Source: Hydrolagus affinis
Lineage: Eukaryota
Assembly (NCBI GenBank): GCA_012026655.1
Contig: JAAILG010000655.1
Span: 1-64,000 of the forward strand
Direction of reading: 5' to 3'
DNA length: 64,000 nucleotides
Shown: piece after piece, positions 51,350 through 64,000 of the stretch
How positions within the stretch are numbered: position 1 is the first letter of the stretch
Layout of the letters: each line of letters opens with the position of its first letter
Program-made: the position numbers and the translations under genes
The notes under the pieces: model-generated
What the model was told of the DNA's origin: nothing
Databases searched by the model: none
The model's input: only the letters and a program-made list of their open reading frames with translations

Positions 51350-52957
51350 ATCTCTCTGGAATATTTATAGATAATCTTTCAGGAGGGAAGTCAGAGCTCC
51401 CGTTCACATAATTCCATCAGTCACTATCCCCAGTCCCTCTTTACTATGTATCATCACCTCCTATTATTGAAATCCACTTATCTCATCTTTAATTCAATAA
51501 TCTTAAGAAGAGACATAGGGAAGAAGACAGTGGCTCTTACATTACATACAATTGCACTGAATCATGCAATGTGTAGTCTATTGATGGTTGAAATGCTTCT
51601 TGTACAGTTCTTCTCTTCACAGTGAAGATGTTTTCAATCAAGGAATAATTACTTCACAATAGTTGGTCCAGAAATGGATGGCAAATATTGTGGTGTTAAG
51701 AATTCTGCTTAATGAATAAGCCATGTTTACTGAGAAAATGGCACAGATGTTAGTACTGTAATAGGATTATTAAGGCTTCTGGGCTCACAAAAGTCAAATG
51801 AGCACATCAGTGTAGCTATGGCAGCTTTAATATATGAGTTTCACCCTGAGGATTTGGTAATGAATTGTAACTATAATGATAATATTATTTTCGTTTGAAC
51901 TGGGTATTGCAGATTACTTTTGTGTTGAAAAATAAATGATACAGGTGAATGTGGTGATTGCAAATTTATCCATTTGGATGTTTAATGTGGGTGGTGGTTT
52001 CCCAAAATAGGGCTGCTAAGTTAAAGAAAGGCACTGAAAATGCTGTAGTTTCAGTCCATGAAGCTGTTGGAATGCTGAGTTAATTTATATTGGCAATACT
52101 GCATTCCTTTCCCATTAATCAAAGCGGTAATTAATTAGACCATAGCAATTGAAATGTTTTGATGGATACGGATTGGTAATTTCTCATATTTATATTGGCA
52201 GCACTGAATCTATTGACAACTGCTATTACTCATTTCCCAGCTTGTCATATTCTACACAATGCAAACTTGCTTTCCTTCAGCTCTGTTTAATGGGCTGTTA
52301 GGTAGTGACCCAGACCAGTAACTCACTCATTTGTGTGCTCGGTGTGAGAGTAGTGTTTAAAATGAGTAGGCTTTTGAATTCTATGTTTCAATTTTGCATG
52401 CATTAGTGATAAGATGACATTTCATAAATCTTTCAACTTGCTTCTTAGTTATTACCGGTTTAGATTAATATATGGCCTTTCACGTTTGTGACAACAGTGT
52501 GCGGAGCATATCCTGAGTATTGTCTAATAATAAATAGCTTTTGGCCTAGACCATATCCATAGTGATGATTGCATTAATAAGCTACAGACAAAATAAACAA
52601 CTGCTTCAACGCTGTGGTGTTCATTTACTCGGCAGTCTCAGGGATATATATTTGAGGTATTCAAGTCAATGTTGGTCTAGTGGATCTGCACATCTGAGGT
52701 ATACATTTCTCATCTCAAGTAGGTACTTCCCTGGTGGTCAGAGATGATGTCCATTTGAAGTGTTATTTCCCTGGAGATCCAAGAAAGTTATCCCTTTGAA
52801 ATGTTTGCTTAGACTTTGATGCAGGGAAGATACTCATCTGTGGTGTCCATTTCCCTGTTTCATATTGGAAGGGTATTGTAATCAACATTGAGATCAGTGA
52901 TTTATTTTTCAGTCTTGAGGCCTGAAATTTATCATGGTCCTTTGCCTTAAAATTTAA

Positions 52958-53297
52958 AATTAATAATAATAATCCTGACATTTGATATACCACTTTTCCC
53001 CGTCTTCTGAACATCTCAAAGCACGTCAGAGCATATGCTGTAAAGTGAATTGAGAATATATTTGTGTAAAGTGAATTGGCTGTATATTTGTGGGCAAAAC
53101 TCTCCACCCAATTGCGCAAAGCAGTGTCCCATAAACAGTCATGGATTGAAATGACTGCTTTATTATTTATTTTTTGAGGGTTATTATTAGACTTGTGGAG
53201 TAAGGAAACTGGCCCAAGGTTTTGCCCTGCATGGAATTGAACCCAGGTCTTTCACTTGCAAGGTGAGTGCTCTTACCACTGAGCTACAGGACTCCAC
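52958..53297 (-). mobile_element. Full-length tRNA-derived SINE with an internal 26-bp imperfect duplication (53041-53092)
   Basis: A and B boxes, anticodon-like loop CTTGCAA, and (TTA)n tail. Confidence 0.9.
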
Positions 53298-53424
53298 AGA
53301 TCTTACAAGATGGTACAAAATTTGAAAAAAAAAACTTTAATTCAGTCAGAATTTGGAAGATGATTTTCTGCAATTGTTTTGTTTTAACGAATAAGGAAAA
53401 CAGGCCTGTGTGCAAATAATGCTG

Positions 53425-54094
53425 TCTTTCCCGACACCCCTTGGCTCCCATCCCAAGCTCGGGTGCCCATCCAGCATATTTATGCACTTTGAGCATTTAT
53501 CACATCCAGAGTCGACTATGCAAACTCCCTACTTGTCGGCCTCCACAACTACTCCCTCAGCAGGCTGCAGATCATCCAGAACTCTGCAGCCCATGTCCTC
53601 TCCTGCACCAGGGTCCATGACCCTATCAGCCCCATCCGTGCCCAGCTCCATTGGCTCCACCTTACCCAGTGGATACAAGATCCTGGTCCTCACTTTCAAA
53701 GCAACGCATGACCTCGCTCCTGTAAAACTCTGTGATGTTCAATGAACCTGATTACTCCCTCTGCTCAGTGAGCTCTGAGTCTGCTTCAGGTCCCGTGCCT
53801 TTCTTGCCCCACCATTTGTTTATCAGAACAGGTGAGCCTTCAGCCTCTCTGCTCCCACCCTCTAGAACTCCATTTCACAGTCCCTCCACCTCACCCCCTC
53901 CCTTGCCTGTTTCAAGACCCATCTCAAGCCCTTCTCTTCAACCAGGCCTTTGATCACCCTTGTACCCCTACCCTCCCCACCCTCCACCCTTCCTGGTCCC
54001 AACCACCAGCTTGGGTGTGGAACCCTGACTGTCCAACGCTTTTGGATGTCTACCTGATGTGGAAGGTGCTATACAAATCTAATTTGTTGTTGTT
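53425..54094 (+). mobile_element. L2 3' region
   Basis: tccagagtcgactatgcaaactcc (SRLDY region), YKILVLTFKA, and (TTG)n tail. Confidence 0.85.
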
Positions 54095-55456
54095 GAGACA
54101 TCCTACCGGTGTGAAAGGTGCCATATAAAAGCAAAGATTTTTTCGCATAATACCAGTCTATGCATATAAAATGCTGTCCTATCAAAACTATTGACATGCA
54201 GTTTTCTATCTACAACTGGAAATCATTTTTTTTTGCATTATTCTAACTTCCCGGTTTTCTAATATCTAAACTCTCTTTCAACACTCTTTTCCAAGATGAC
54301 AACATTCATCCTAAGCACAAATTTACAACTGAAATGTTTTATTCTCCCATTGAGTCTGCATCCATCTGCTTACCTCTCTGCTCCAGTTTGCAAGCTGTGA
54401 CACTCTTTGATTTGTGTATCTCTGAGATTCAACAGCTCTGTTTTCTTTAACATTATAACTTCTTTCTTTGTTTCTTTATTTTACGGTTTTCAGGTCTCTG
54501 AATCTACTTTTAACAAAATTTCTGTTCCATGAAAAAAAATGACTTGCAGAGTTATACATGCAAAATTATACATTAAAAATTGCAAACTATTAATCGTCTA
54601 AATTTATTGATTTCTTCACACTATTATATGCATATACACAAACACATACTTTCATAAACACACATGCACACACACAACAGTTCTTTTGCTTATCAACCTG
54701 TACAAAATCTCAAATATTTATCTACACTTCCTCACTATTCCTCAATATTTAAATTACATTTAAATTCAATGTTACTAAACAATACATTTCATATAAGAAG
54801 ACATAGGATAATTTGTCTATTGATACCTTACTTCAGTGCATCAGCTTTTGAACTATTTCTTCTGCCATATCCTACACTCTACAGATTGAAAGCATTTGCA
54901 AATTAAAGTTGAGTTTAGCAACCTTCCTCACTGTAATTGAAGCTTCTTTGGTGTTTAATCTAATATCTTTGAAAATACTGCCAATGAACATGAGATCTTG
55001 CAAGATTTTCTAATTCCACTTCACAAAATAAGTATAAATTGGGATTTTCACAAACCAGAAGAGGTTGTGATGGGGTTACAGACTTAAAGATTTGCAGAAG
55101 GCAATGACAGTAATAGTCTAGGAGTAATGGGGGTTAGAACTGGATTCCATGTGTGGGAATACATTGGGAAGACTCAAATTAGTATCAACCTTTTCTTGTA
55201 GATCATTGCATTCCGATTTGTTTATCGGAACAGTAGTTTTCTCATTATTTTCCAAATAATCTAAAACAAGAGTAAAGTCCAATAGGTTATACCACGGGAA
55301 TTATTTCAATATCACAACATCAGTTAATTGTCAACCTGTTTCATTAAGATAGGATTTTTTTTATCAACCAAGTTTTGATAAACCAATTCAAGGTCTGAGG
55401 TACTCTTGCTATATACCTTGACTATATCATGTTTTCAGTTGCATCAAATCTACGAA

Positions 55457-56632
55457 GAATCATAGAATTTTACAGCATTCGGCCCATTGAGTCTGTGCCA
55501 GCTCTTTGAAAAGAGCAGGAGGTGGGAGAGTAAGCTCTGAGGATGACACAAAATGAATGCAATGGGATACAGATAGGCTAGGTGATGGGCAAGAAGGTGG
55601 CAGATGGAATATAACGTGGGAAATTGTGAATTTATTCACCTAGGTAGTAAAAACAGAACAGCAGATTATTTTCTAGAGGGTGAGAGATGTGTTAGTATTC
55701 AGAGGGATCTGGGTGTCCTTGTACACCAGTCACAAAAAGTTAGTATGCAGGTATGCAAGCAACTAATAAGGCTAATGGCATGTTGGCGTTCATTGGAAAA
55801 CGATGTCCCAAGGCATTGGACAGTTATTGTTTCAGACCTAAACTGGGGTTGGGGACCAGGAGGGTGGAGGGTGGAGGGTGGATGGAAATGGGGGGACTTA
55901 CCTATGAGAATAGGTTGAGTAAACTAGGCCTATATTCTCTAGAATATGGAAGAATTAAAAGTGATCTGATAGAAACCTATAAGATTCTTAAGGTGTATGA
56001 CAGAGTAGACACTGGGAGACTGTTTCCCAAAGTAGGAGAATCTATAAATAGGGGTCACAGTCTTAAGATTCAGAGTCAGTCTTTTTGAACAGAGTTGAGG
56101 AAGCACTTCTTTACTCAGAGGGTAGTGAATTTATGGAATTCTCTAGCCCAGAAGGCTGTAGATGCTCAGTCCTTGAACATATTCAAGACTGAAATTGACA
56201 GATTTCTAATGGATAGAGGGATTAAGAGTTATGTGGATAAGGCGGGCGGGCAGATGGAGTTAGATTAGAAGATCAGCCATGATATGATTGAATGGTGGGG
56301 CAGGCTCGAGGGGCTGAATGGTATTAAACATGCTCGAGGGGACATCCTTATATTACCTCTCCTCATTCTTCCTCCCAAAATGCAGGAAAAGTATCTCCAC
56401 ATTAAATTTAATCTGCCATGTGTCTGTCCATTTTTACCATTCTGTCTATGTCCTCTTCCAGTTTGCTACTATCCTCCTCACTATTTACTACTTTTCCTAT
56501 CTTGGTATCATCTGCAAACTTGGAAATTGTACTCCCTATCCCCAAGTCCAGATCATTTATATATATATATTATAAAGAGCGGTGGTCCCAATACCGATCC
56601 CTGGGGGACACCACTGTATACTTCCCTCCAGT
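55457..56632. mobile_element. CR1 mosaic: minus tail 55457-55517, plus CR1 55518-56321 with an L2 tail at about 55798-55886, minus CR1 RT 56345-56632
   Basis: Encodes MEYNVGNCEFIHLG...QRDLGVLVHQSQKVS and YENRLSKLGLYSLE on plus, and SGVPQGSVLGP and SKFADDTK on minus. Confidence 0.9.
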
Positions 56633-57959
56633 CATGAAACAAGGTTTCCAATAGTTCTATAATTATAGCATTGTTATGGCTACTAATTTAATCAGTTCAT
56701 CATTACGCATCAGCAAAATTGATTTCTGCAATCAAACTTCTCAGAGAAAAACTATGTGGGCTCATAACATGTTTAATAGCAAACCATACAGTCAATCCAT
56801 CATAGCCTTCTTGGTAAGAAGTTAAATATAAACCAATAATTATACACATTTGATTTGAAATTGCACACCACTCAGTGAAAAATATACTGGAGCAATGCAA
56901 GTTCCTCACTAACTGAACTAGTCAAGGTTGATTTATTGAAACTATTTTTCATTTCATGCCATGACTAGTAGCAATAGCTCTTAGTGCCACAATAAAGGCT
57001 GATTATGACATGAGCAGAAATGTTCAAAACAGTATTTCATGCTCTAATCTCGCATAGTTGCTATTTTTTAATTAAATACTGCATGAAATATTCTGTGGTT
57101 AAAAAAAACAAAGCTTTGCAGTAAATAAATAAAATGAACATACATTGTTCAATCAAGGACAAAGAGTTTAAACAATATCATGACTAAAAGTTTGCCTTAA
57201 GATAATAGCTTCAATAACAAAAGTGTCTGTTTTGACATATGAATATATTTAGAGCAGCACTAGTATGAGTTATTGCAGGATTATTGCTATACACAATGAC
57301 CTAAGTAAAGTGCAATCAATTTCTCAGACAGCAGAAGTGCATATAATTTAATAAAAGTAATGCTTTAGTCCAATTTTAAAATGTATAAAGAATATTATCT
57401 CAGAATACAAGTGATGTGTATGCCAAAACAACAATTTGCATCATCCATGTAGGGAGAACACCTTGCTAAGATATTTATTTATTGTCTGAATTTTCTCTTT
57501 AAGTAAGGGATGTAATGTGCTGTGGTGGGAAAATTCATCAGGTCTGAAGAATAACTGGACTATTATATAGTGTATTAGATATAAGTGCCTTGGCATGTGC
57601 TCCCAACATCATAGATGCAATATAAATGTAAATTTATTGAATACCAGTTTTGGAAAGCACTTTGAGATGTCCTCCCAAAATGCAAGTTGCTATATCAATA
57701 TCTAACTGCATTATTGTACTGTACAGTATTTCCACTTAAAATGGTCACTCTAACTGACTGAAGAACTAACATAGGTGTTTGAGGCAAACTTGCAGGTTGT
57801 TGAATCAAGGCCCATTTCAGGGTTTCAGCTCATAGTCTACATGACAACTATAGTGTATTTTGTGAGGTGCCATCATTTGAATTAGACATCTGAAGACTTC
57901 TAAGTTCTGCCTGTAAAGGTGGACATTAAATAGATTATTTCACAACACTGTTCAAATTG

Positions 57960-58512
57960 TGTCCAGATTTCCCAACTCTTCTATCCACAGACTACAGAAA
58001 CTCCATACACAAACTAAGAACTTCGCAGCTCATGTCTTCTCCTACACCAAGGCCCGGGAGCTGATCAATTCCATCCTCACCCAGCTTCATTGGCCCTACA
58101 TTCTCCAGAGGATTGAGTTTCAGATCCTCATCCTCACTTTCAAAGCCTTTCATAGTCTTGTTCCTCCATACCTCTGAGAACTATTAATACCTTACCAACT
58201 TTCTGCTCCATCTGCTTGGCAGTTACTGGCCTCCTATGTCCTTGCCCTGCCTGCTCCACCATCGGCAGTTGGTTCTTCAGCATTTCTGCCCCACACTTCA
58301 CAACTCCATCCCTCACCGTGCCCCTTATCTTACCTCAATCAAGGCTGTCTCAAGACCTTCCTCTTGACCATGCCTTTGATCATCCTCCCTCTCTTAGCCC
58401 CCACCCCGCTTGATTCCAAAGCTCAGCTCGGGTATAAACACTTTACTGTCCAGTGCCTTGGAATATTATCCTGACATGAAAGTTGTTATGCAAATTAAAT
58501 GTATTGTTGTTA
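57960..58512 (+). mobile_element. L2 3' region
   Basis: Encodes ILTQLHWPYILQRIEFQILILTFKAFHSLVPPYL and has a TTG tail. Confidence 0.85.
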
Positions 58513-59715
58513 TTGGTGGTGCAGGAGAGGATGCTAGATCTAAAATTTCGAATGATCTATACATTGTGGAGGGAAGAGTTGGGAAGTCTGGTGAACAGGG
58601 GATAGCATAGTTAAGCCTGGTTGTGTTGAAAGCATGGATAAAAGTCTTGGTGGCCTGAGGGAGAGACAGTAGCAGAGGTGGACAATGTTGAGGAGGTCGG
58701 AGAAGGCTGAATGGGTCATGGCATAAATGTGGGGTTTAAAGGACAGTTAAGGGTTGAACTCAACACCATGATTCCAAACTGGCTTGGTGAAGTGGAAAGT
58801 GTATCCATAAATAATGATGCTGTCAGAACCTGAGGTGAGTAGATGCTGATGGGAGCAAAACAGGATGTCTCTCATCCAACATTTGATGTCTGACAGGCAG
58901 TCCATCAGAACAACAGTGGTGGAGTCGAGCGTGGAGGCAGGGAGTTAGAGTTGGATGTCATCCTCATACATGTGGAAGTTAACATCATGTGTGCAGATGG
59001 TATCACCATTTGGAACATGTAAATAATAAAGAGGCGGAGACCAAGGACAGAACTCTGAGGAACCCTACATGTGACAGGGCAAGGCCTGGAGGAGAAGCTG
59101 TTAGCGAATACAAAATGGGAACAACAGGAAAGGTAAGACTAAACTGTGTAAGTGAAGCTGAGCAGAAAGGTGGTGGAAAAGAATAGAGTGGTCAACGGTG
59201 TTGAAGGTAGATAAATCAATCATGATGAGGAGACAAAGAGAACACTGGTCTTAGATGGACAGAATAACATTTGTAACTTTGACTAAGCTATCTCTGTACT
59301 GTGGGCACTGCAGAAACCAGATTAAAAAGGTTCATACAGGAAGTGGTAGGAAGGGAAAGAATAAAACTGGAAAACAATGTCTCATTCAAGGACCATGGAA
59401 AGAAAGGGGAGGTTGCAGACGAGTTGGTAGTTAGATAACAGGGGTCAGTCAAAAGAAGGTTTTTAAAGGTGGGGGGTGAAGCTCTGAGAGGGGTGGGAAT
59501 GGTGCTAGTGGACGGAGAGCAGTTGACGATGTCTGTTGGTTGGGGTTAAGGAAATGGAGCTGGGAGGTGAAGAGAGGGGTAGGGATGGATAAATTAGAGG
59601 AGAGGATGGGTGAAGCATGAGAAGAATGACAGAGGAAATGGTTTCTGGTGGAGTAGAAGAACCTGAGGTTATCCTTGGTCTCCAGGATGATTTTGGAGTA
59701 GCAGGATGATCTAGC
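58513..59715 (-). mobile_element. Decayed L2 reverse transcriptase region
   Basis: Minus strand contains FHMYEDDIQL and is collinear with 50045-50990. Confidence 0.85.
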
Positions 59716-59729
59716 TGAGACTGTTAGGC

Positions 59730-59845
59730 TTAGCCCTCCGCTTCCTGATTCTGACCTGATGCTCAGGTCCAAAACACTGATTGTCCAGCGCCTTGGGACG
59801 TCCTTCAGATGTGAAATGTGCTATACAAATATAATTTTATTATTT
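59730..59845 (+). mobile_element. L2 3' tail
   Basis: gtccagcgccttgggacgtccttcagatgtgaaatgtgctatacaaat. Confidence 0.75.
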
Positions 59846-60084
59846 TGATGATGTGGTCCATCCAAACCATGGAGGGTTGGGCTGTCACTCATTGTGTAGC
59901 AAAAGTCAATGCCTTTGTAGGGCGGTGGGGGGGTGGAGTGGGGAATTGGCCCCAAAAAATATTTCCTCATGACATTCTTGCAAGTAGTTTAGATTAAAAC
60001 AAAAGTAATGTATTACACACTGATCCATACAAACTGGAAGATCCCTAGTTCAATCTGAGTCAGCTCCTCTCAAATGGAATGGTG

Positions 60085-60390
60085 AAACTGGATAAACTTG
60101 AATTACATTCCCTGGAGCTGAGAAGGTTAAGAGGTGATCTGATTGAAGTGCTCAAGTGAGATAGAGTGTAACACTTTTCTTTCATTGGAGAATCCAGAAC
60201 AGATCTCAAGATCAAGAGAGCATAATCTTAAAATTACAGTTAAGCTGACATCTGAAAGATGATATCTGAAAATATTCCTTCACGCAAAAGATTGTGGAAT
60301 ACACAGAGATGCAGAATGAACTGAAGAAATAAATAGATTACAAATAAATACAGAATTATGTGAATTAACAGACAGAGACATAGAGATTGA
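60085..60390 (+). mobile_element. Decayed CR1 3' fragment
   Basis: Encodes LHSLELRRLRGDLIEVLK. Confidence 0.75.
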
Positions 60391-62739
60391 TTTGCAACAT
60401 TCCTTAACCCAATTTTTGTGTTAAATAGCAGAAAGAACAAGTTAAGAAGGGAATGAGGAGTGGCTTTGTGAGAATATACGCTAGGAGCAATGGTGATATC
60501 AGAGGATGAATATTAATGATATTGATAAATTAATAAACAAATGTCCAATATTCTTAAAAATGTTCCTTATCCTCTTTAATATAAGGAACAAGTCAATGAA
60601 CATTGCGTATAATATCCCATTCTTTTTACATATATAGCAGCTAACTTTTTGCAGCTCTGTTAAAAAGGAAAACATGTTTTTGAGTCTGCTTACACTTCAA
60701 CATATTCTTCCAGGTGCTATTTGTGCATTAGGTTGAAATTCATCTTTTAAGAATAGTGCAGCCATGTGAGCCATGCATGAGGTATCAATTCATCCTGCAT
60801 CACCCGTCTGTTATATCAACACGCAACGAAGTAGAACAATTCCCTCATGTATCCACTGAAACTTTGTCAGTCTGTTATTCTGACTAGAAAAATCTGCAGG
60901 AATTCTTTCCGATCTGACCTAAAGACAAATAAAATAAAACATGGATTTCCCCTGTGGGTTGCAAAGACAGGATACCAGCACTGCTCTGGTGTATGCAAAT
61001 CACAGGCTCGTGTTCAGTGAAAAGTTAACATTTACTTGATTCAATTAGTGCCCGAAACGTATGCGTACATTTTTGGTTTTCTACGACATTGCATTTTCCA
61101 CATTGCTGAAAACAAGACAGCCAAGTCTTTTATTTAATTTTTCCCCATTACAAATCATTAAGTAGTCAGGAAGAATGTAAAGGTGTAAAGGATTTTCAAA
61201 GGAAGACATAAACTGTAGCAATGGTAGGAATTGTGATAAATGTTCCAGTGAACACAATTACAGGGTTCAGCCTAATTTTCGGTTAAACTGAATGTTACAT
61301 GCTTATATTGCCTGTGGTTTGGATGCACTGTAATTGCAGAGAACAGTCGATTAAATAATAATAACACTAAAAATCTGTAGAACAGAATCGAATCCCTAAT
61401 AATCACTCTGCAGTTGTGTCTTTGAGACAGACGTCATCTATCCGAGAAATTAATCGAATAAGTGTTCTAAAATAAGCATGGAGATGGAAGATTAAGAGGC
61501 AGAACAATGGCACAATCAAGTCACACATTCTCTTAAATCTAATGGAAATGTCAGCAGTATTGGACAGGTCGGAAAAAGAATTGCTCACAAAACTGTCTGC
61601 AGGACTGTGCAAGCAACAATTTCCAAGGAAGAGTCTTCTTTGCTGCAAGTAACTGATGGCTGCTTGTAACCTTGCCCTCAAACACTGTGCAATAGGCACA
61701 AGATGTATTGCTGTTGGCCTGCATCAAGAAAGGAAAGGGGATGCTGCTAAATTTGTTCATCTTCAATTGGCATACATCATCAGAGCTGTTAGGGCAACCA
61801 TATTCCCCCTACAATAAATCAGCTTTTCCCAATAGTTTCATTATTTTTGTTTCAAGCAAAATTATAATATGTTAATGGGAAGTTACTAATAGGGTTAGTT
61901 AAGGTGCTTGAAACAAGAATGCCATGCAGACATGATTTAGTGGCAATCTTTTTTTTTCTGGTTACCCGAGTGTCCAACGTGTACAAAAACTATCACGATA
62001 CGTAACAGTATCCAAACAGAGATGTCCACATATGTACAAGAAAATCTCCTTGTGTCTGGAATTGAATGTGTACTTTTCCTGGAGAAATGAATCCTACTTG
62101 CTTAATTCCAGAGAGTATGAGGATCAAATTGGCAAGAGCCATGGCTTGAGAAGCTAAGAATATTCATTGGAGTATGACTGTTTTGGCTGTTTAAACTACA
62201 GCTGTTGGCAGTAAATCGGTGGCAAATTTACAATTCTTTCTTTGCTTAAGTCTAAGCTGCAAAATTTGAAAACCACATTAATTACAACAGTCGATTTGCC
62301 AAATCCACAGTGAAATTATGTGTGGTGAATCGATGATCCCAAATTGACCAAGTACATGAAAAGATTTTGCTTGCAAGCCTTGGTTTTGCAAACTCAGGAT
62401 TTCCAAATCATGGATTTCATAATTTGGAAGTCACAAACTAGATATTGCTATTAATGCATGTGGTTTGCAATCAAAAAATCTTCGACTTGCTCCAACTAAC
62501 AGAAACGTCAATCTATCAGAGGGATTTCATTACATTCACCCAAGTCAAGTCTTTAAACATTGATATTTTAAAATGTTATGTTTTATCCTACCTTTTCAAG
62601 TAAGTGAGCTTGCTTCTTACTAGTTAACTTATTTGTTTCCTACACCATTGTGTCAATCACGATAAAAAATATTAACCCTGTACAAATTAAGATAATCGAT
62701 TTTATGCATTACCAGGTGCTAAATGCTATTGGCTAGATG

Positions 62740-63780
62740 CAACAACAATAACAACTTTGATTTATATAGTGCCCTCCAAGCCAGATGGCATCTCAGAGCA
62801 CTTCACAATAATGGATTCTGGGGGTGAGCCAGGGGCAGGGGCAGAAAGGTGACTAAAGGCACGGTTGAAGAGAAAGGTCTTTCGCTGAGACCTGAAACTG
62901 GGAAGAGGGGGAGAGGCGAAGGGAGTGAGGAAGGAATTCCAGAGCCTTGGGGGATAGTGGCTGAAGGCATGGACACTGATGGTGGAGCGCAGAATTCGGG
63001 GGACAAGGAGGAGGCCAGACCTGATGGAGCGAAGGCAACAGGTGCTGGTTTGAGGAGAGAGGAGGTTGGAGAGGTAAGGGGTTCAGAGGAGTGGAGGGAT
63101 TTAAAACAAGGGCGAGAATCTTCTAATTGATCCTCTCTGGGACAGGGAGCCAGTGAAGTCTGGCAAGAACTGGGGCAATGGGGGAGCGAAGTTTGGTGTG
63201 GGGGAGAATGCGTGCGGCAGGGTTTTGAATGAGTTGGATTTCATGGATTGTGGTGGAGGGGAGGCCGGTGAGGAGGGCTTTGGAATAGTCTGGCCAAGAA
63301 GGGACAAAGGCATGGACCAGGGTTTCAGCAGCTTTTGGGGTGAGATATTGTCAGAGACGGGCGATCCGTCGGAGGTGGAAAAAAGCGGTGCTGATGAGGG
63401 ACCAGATTTGGTGGAGGAAGAACAGTTGGGAGTCAAACCTGATGCCAAGGTTGCGCATGGTTTCGGAGAGTTTTAGGGGCAGGCTTGTAAGGTGGAGAGG
63501 TGAGATCCATGCGATTGAAGATGTTGATGAGTGCCAAAGAGTATGGCTTCCGTCTTGTCGACATTCAGCTGCAAAAAATTTGCGCTCATCCAGCCCCTGA
63601 TGTCTGACAGGTAGGATGACAGAACATTAGAGAACTGGGGGTCGCAAAGCGAGGTGGAGAAAAATGTGGAAGTGTACCGCATGTCTGTGGATGACATCCC
63701 CAAGAGGGAGCATAGAGATGCGGAAGAGGAGGGGGCCAAGGATGGACCTTGGGGTACCCCGCAGGTAACTGGGTGCAGAG
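62740..63780 (-). mobile_element. 5'-truncated L2 LINE of the same family as 50045-51349
   Basis: Encodes [10 protein letters not shown] and LSDIRGWMSANFLQLNVDKTEAIL, with a (CAA)n tail. Confidence 0.95.
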
Positions 63781-64000
63781 TAAAGTTCCCTTTACTATAG
63801 GACAATCCTATTCTATCCTATCTGCAAAAACAATCTTGGTATGACCTGCTTACAACTACGACAACAAATTGAATTTATATATCGTATTTCACATCGAGAA
63901 GATGACCCAAGGTTTTGGATAATGAGGGGTTCGCTCCCGAGTTGAGAATTGCAATCGTTCCTTCAAGGCCCATCTCAAGACTTTCCATTTTGACTGTGCT

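Noticed and set aside
53215-53297. tRNA-like sequence with A/B boxes and a TGC anticodon loop (also near 11470, 15805, 19125, 23500, 31735, 48645)
   Set aside because: These are SINE heads: no proper acceptor stem, divergent between copies, and mostly fused to a SINE body.
57960-59715. Opposed L2 pieces as a twin-priming inversion
   Set aside because: They are tail-to-tail, and their overlapping parts are diverged, so two independent copies are more likely.

Overview
This is not prokaryotic DNA. It is AT-rich, gene-poor vertebrate sequence (intergenic or a large intron). The repeat set suggests a cartilaginous fish, probably a holocephalan such as Callorhinchus (inference, no database search run). 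The window is dominated by decayed retroelements: many L2-clade LINE fragments with (TTG)n tails, CR1 LINE fragments, a tRNA-derived SINE with an L2-like 3' end and (TTA)n tail, older Deu-domain SINEs, one RTE-like and one Penelope-like remnant. It also holds short DNA transposons identified from their termini: a hAT element with a perfect 8-bp TSD (15961-16392), a Tc1/mariner-type MITE (18634-18851), an 88-bp palindromic MITE (35995-36082) and a non-autonomous Helitron (48225-48447). No recognisable host protein-coding gene, true tRNA, rRNA or CRISPR array is present; the ORFs I can assign are LINE debris, and the rest look like chance ORFs. The most notable observations are the Helitron, several nested insertions, an inversion flanked by a perfect 54-bp inverted duplication, a covarying 3' stem-loop shared by LINE and SINE families, a decayed hammerhead ribozyme, and an unverified two-exon open reading frame at 46963-47595 (-). 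I could not support a new biological system from sequence alone. Boundaries of decayed repeats are approximate.
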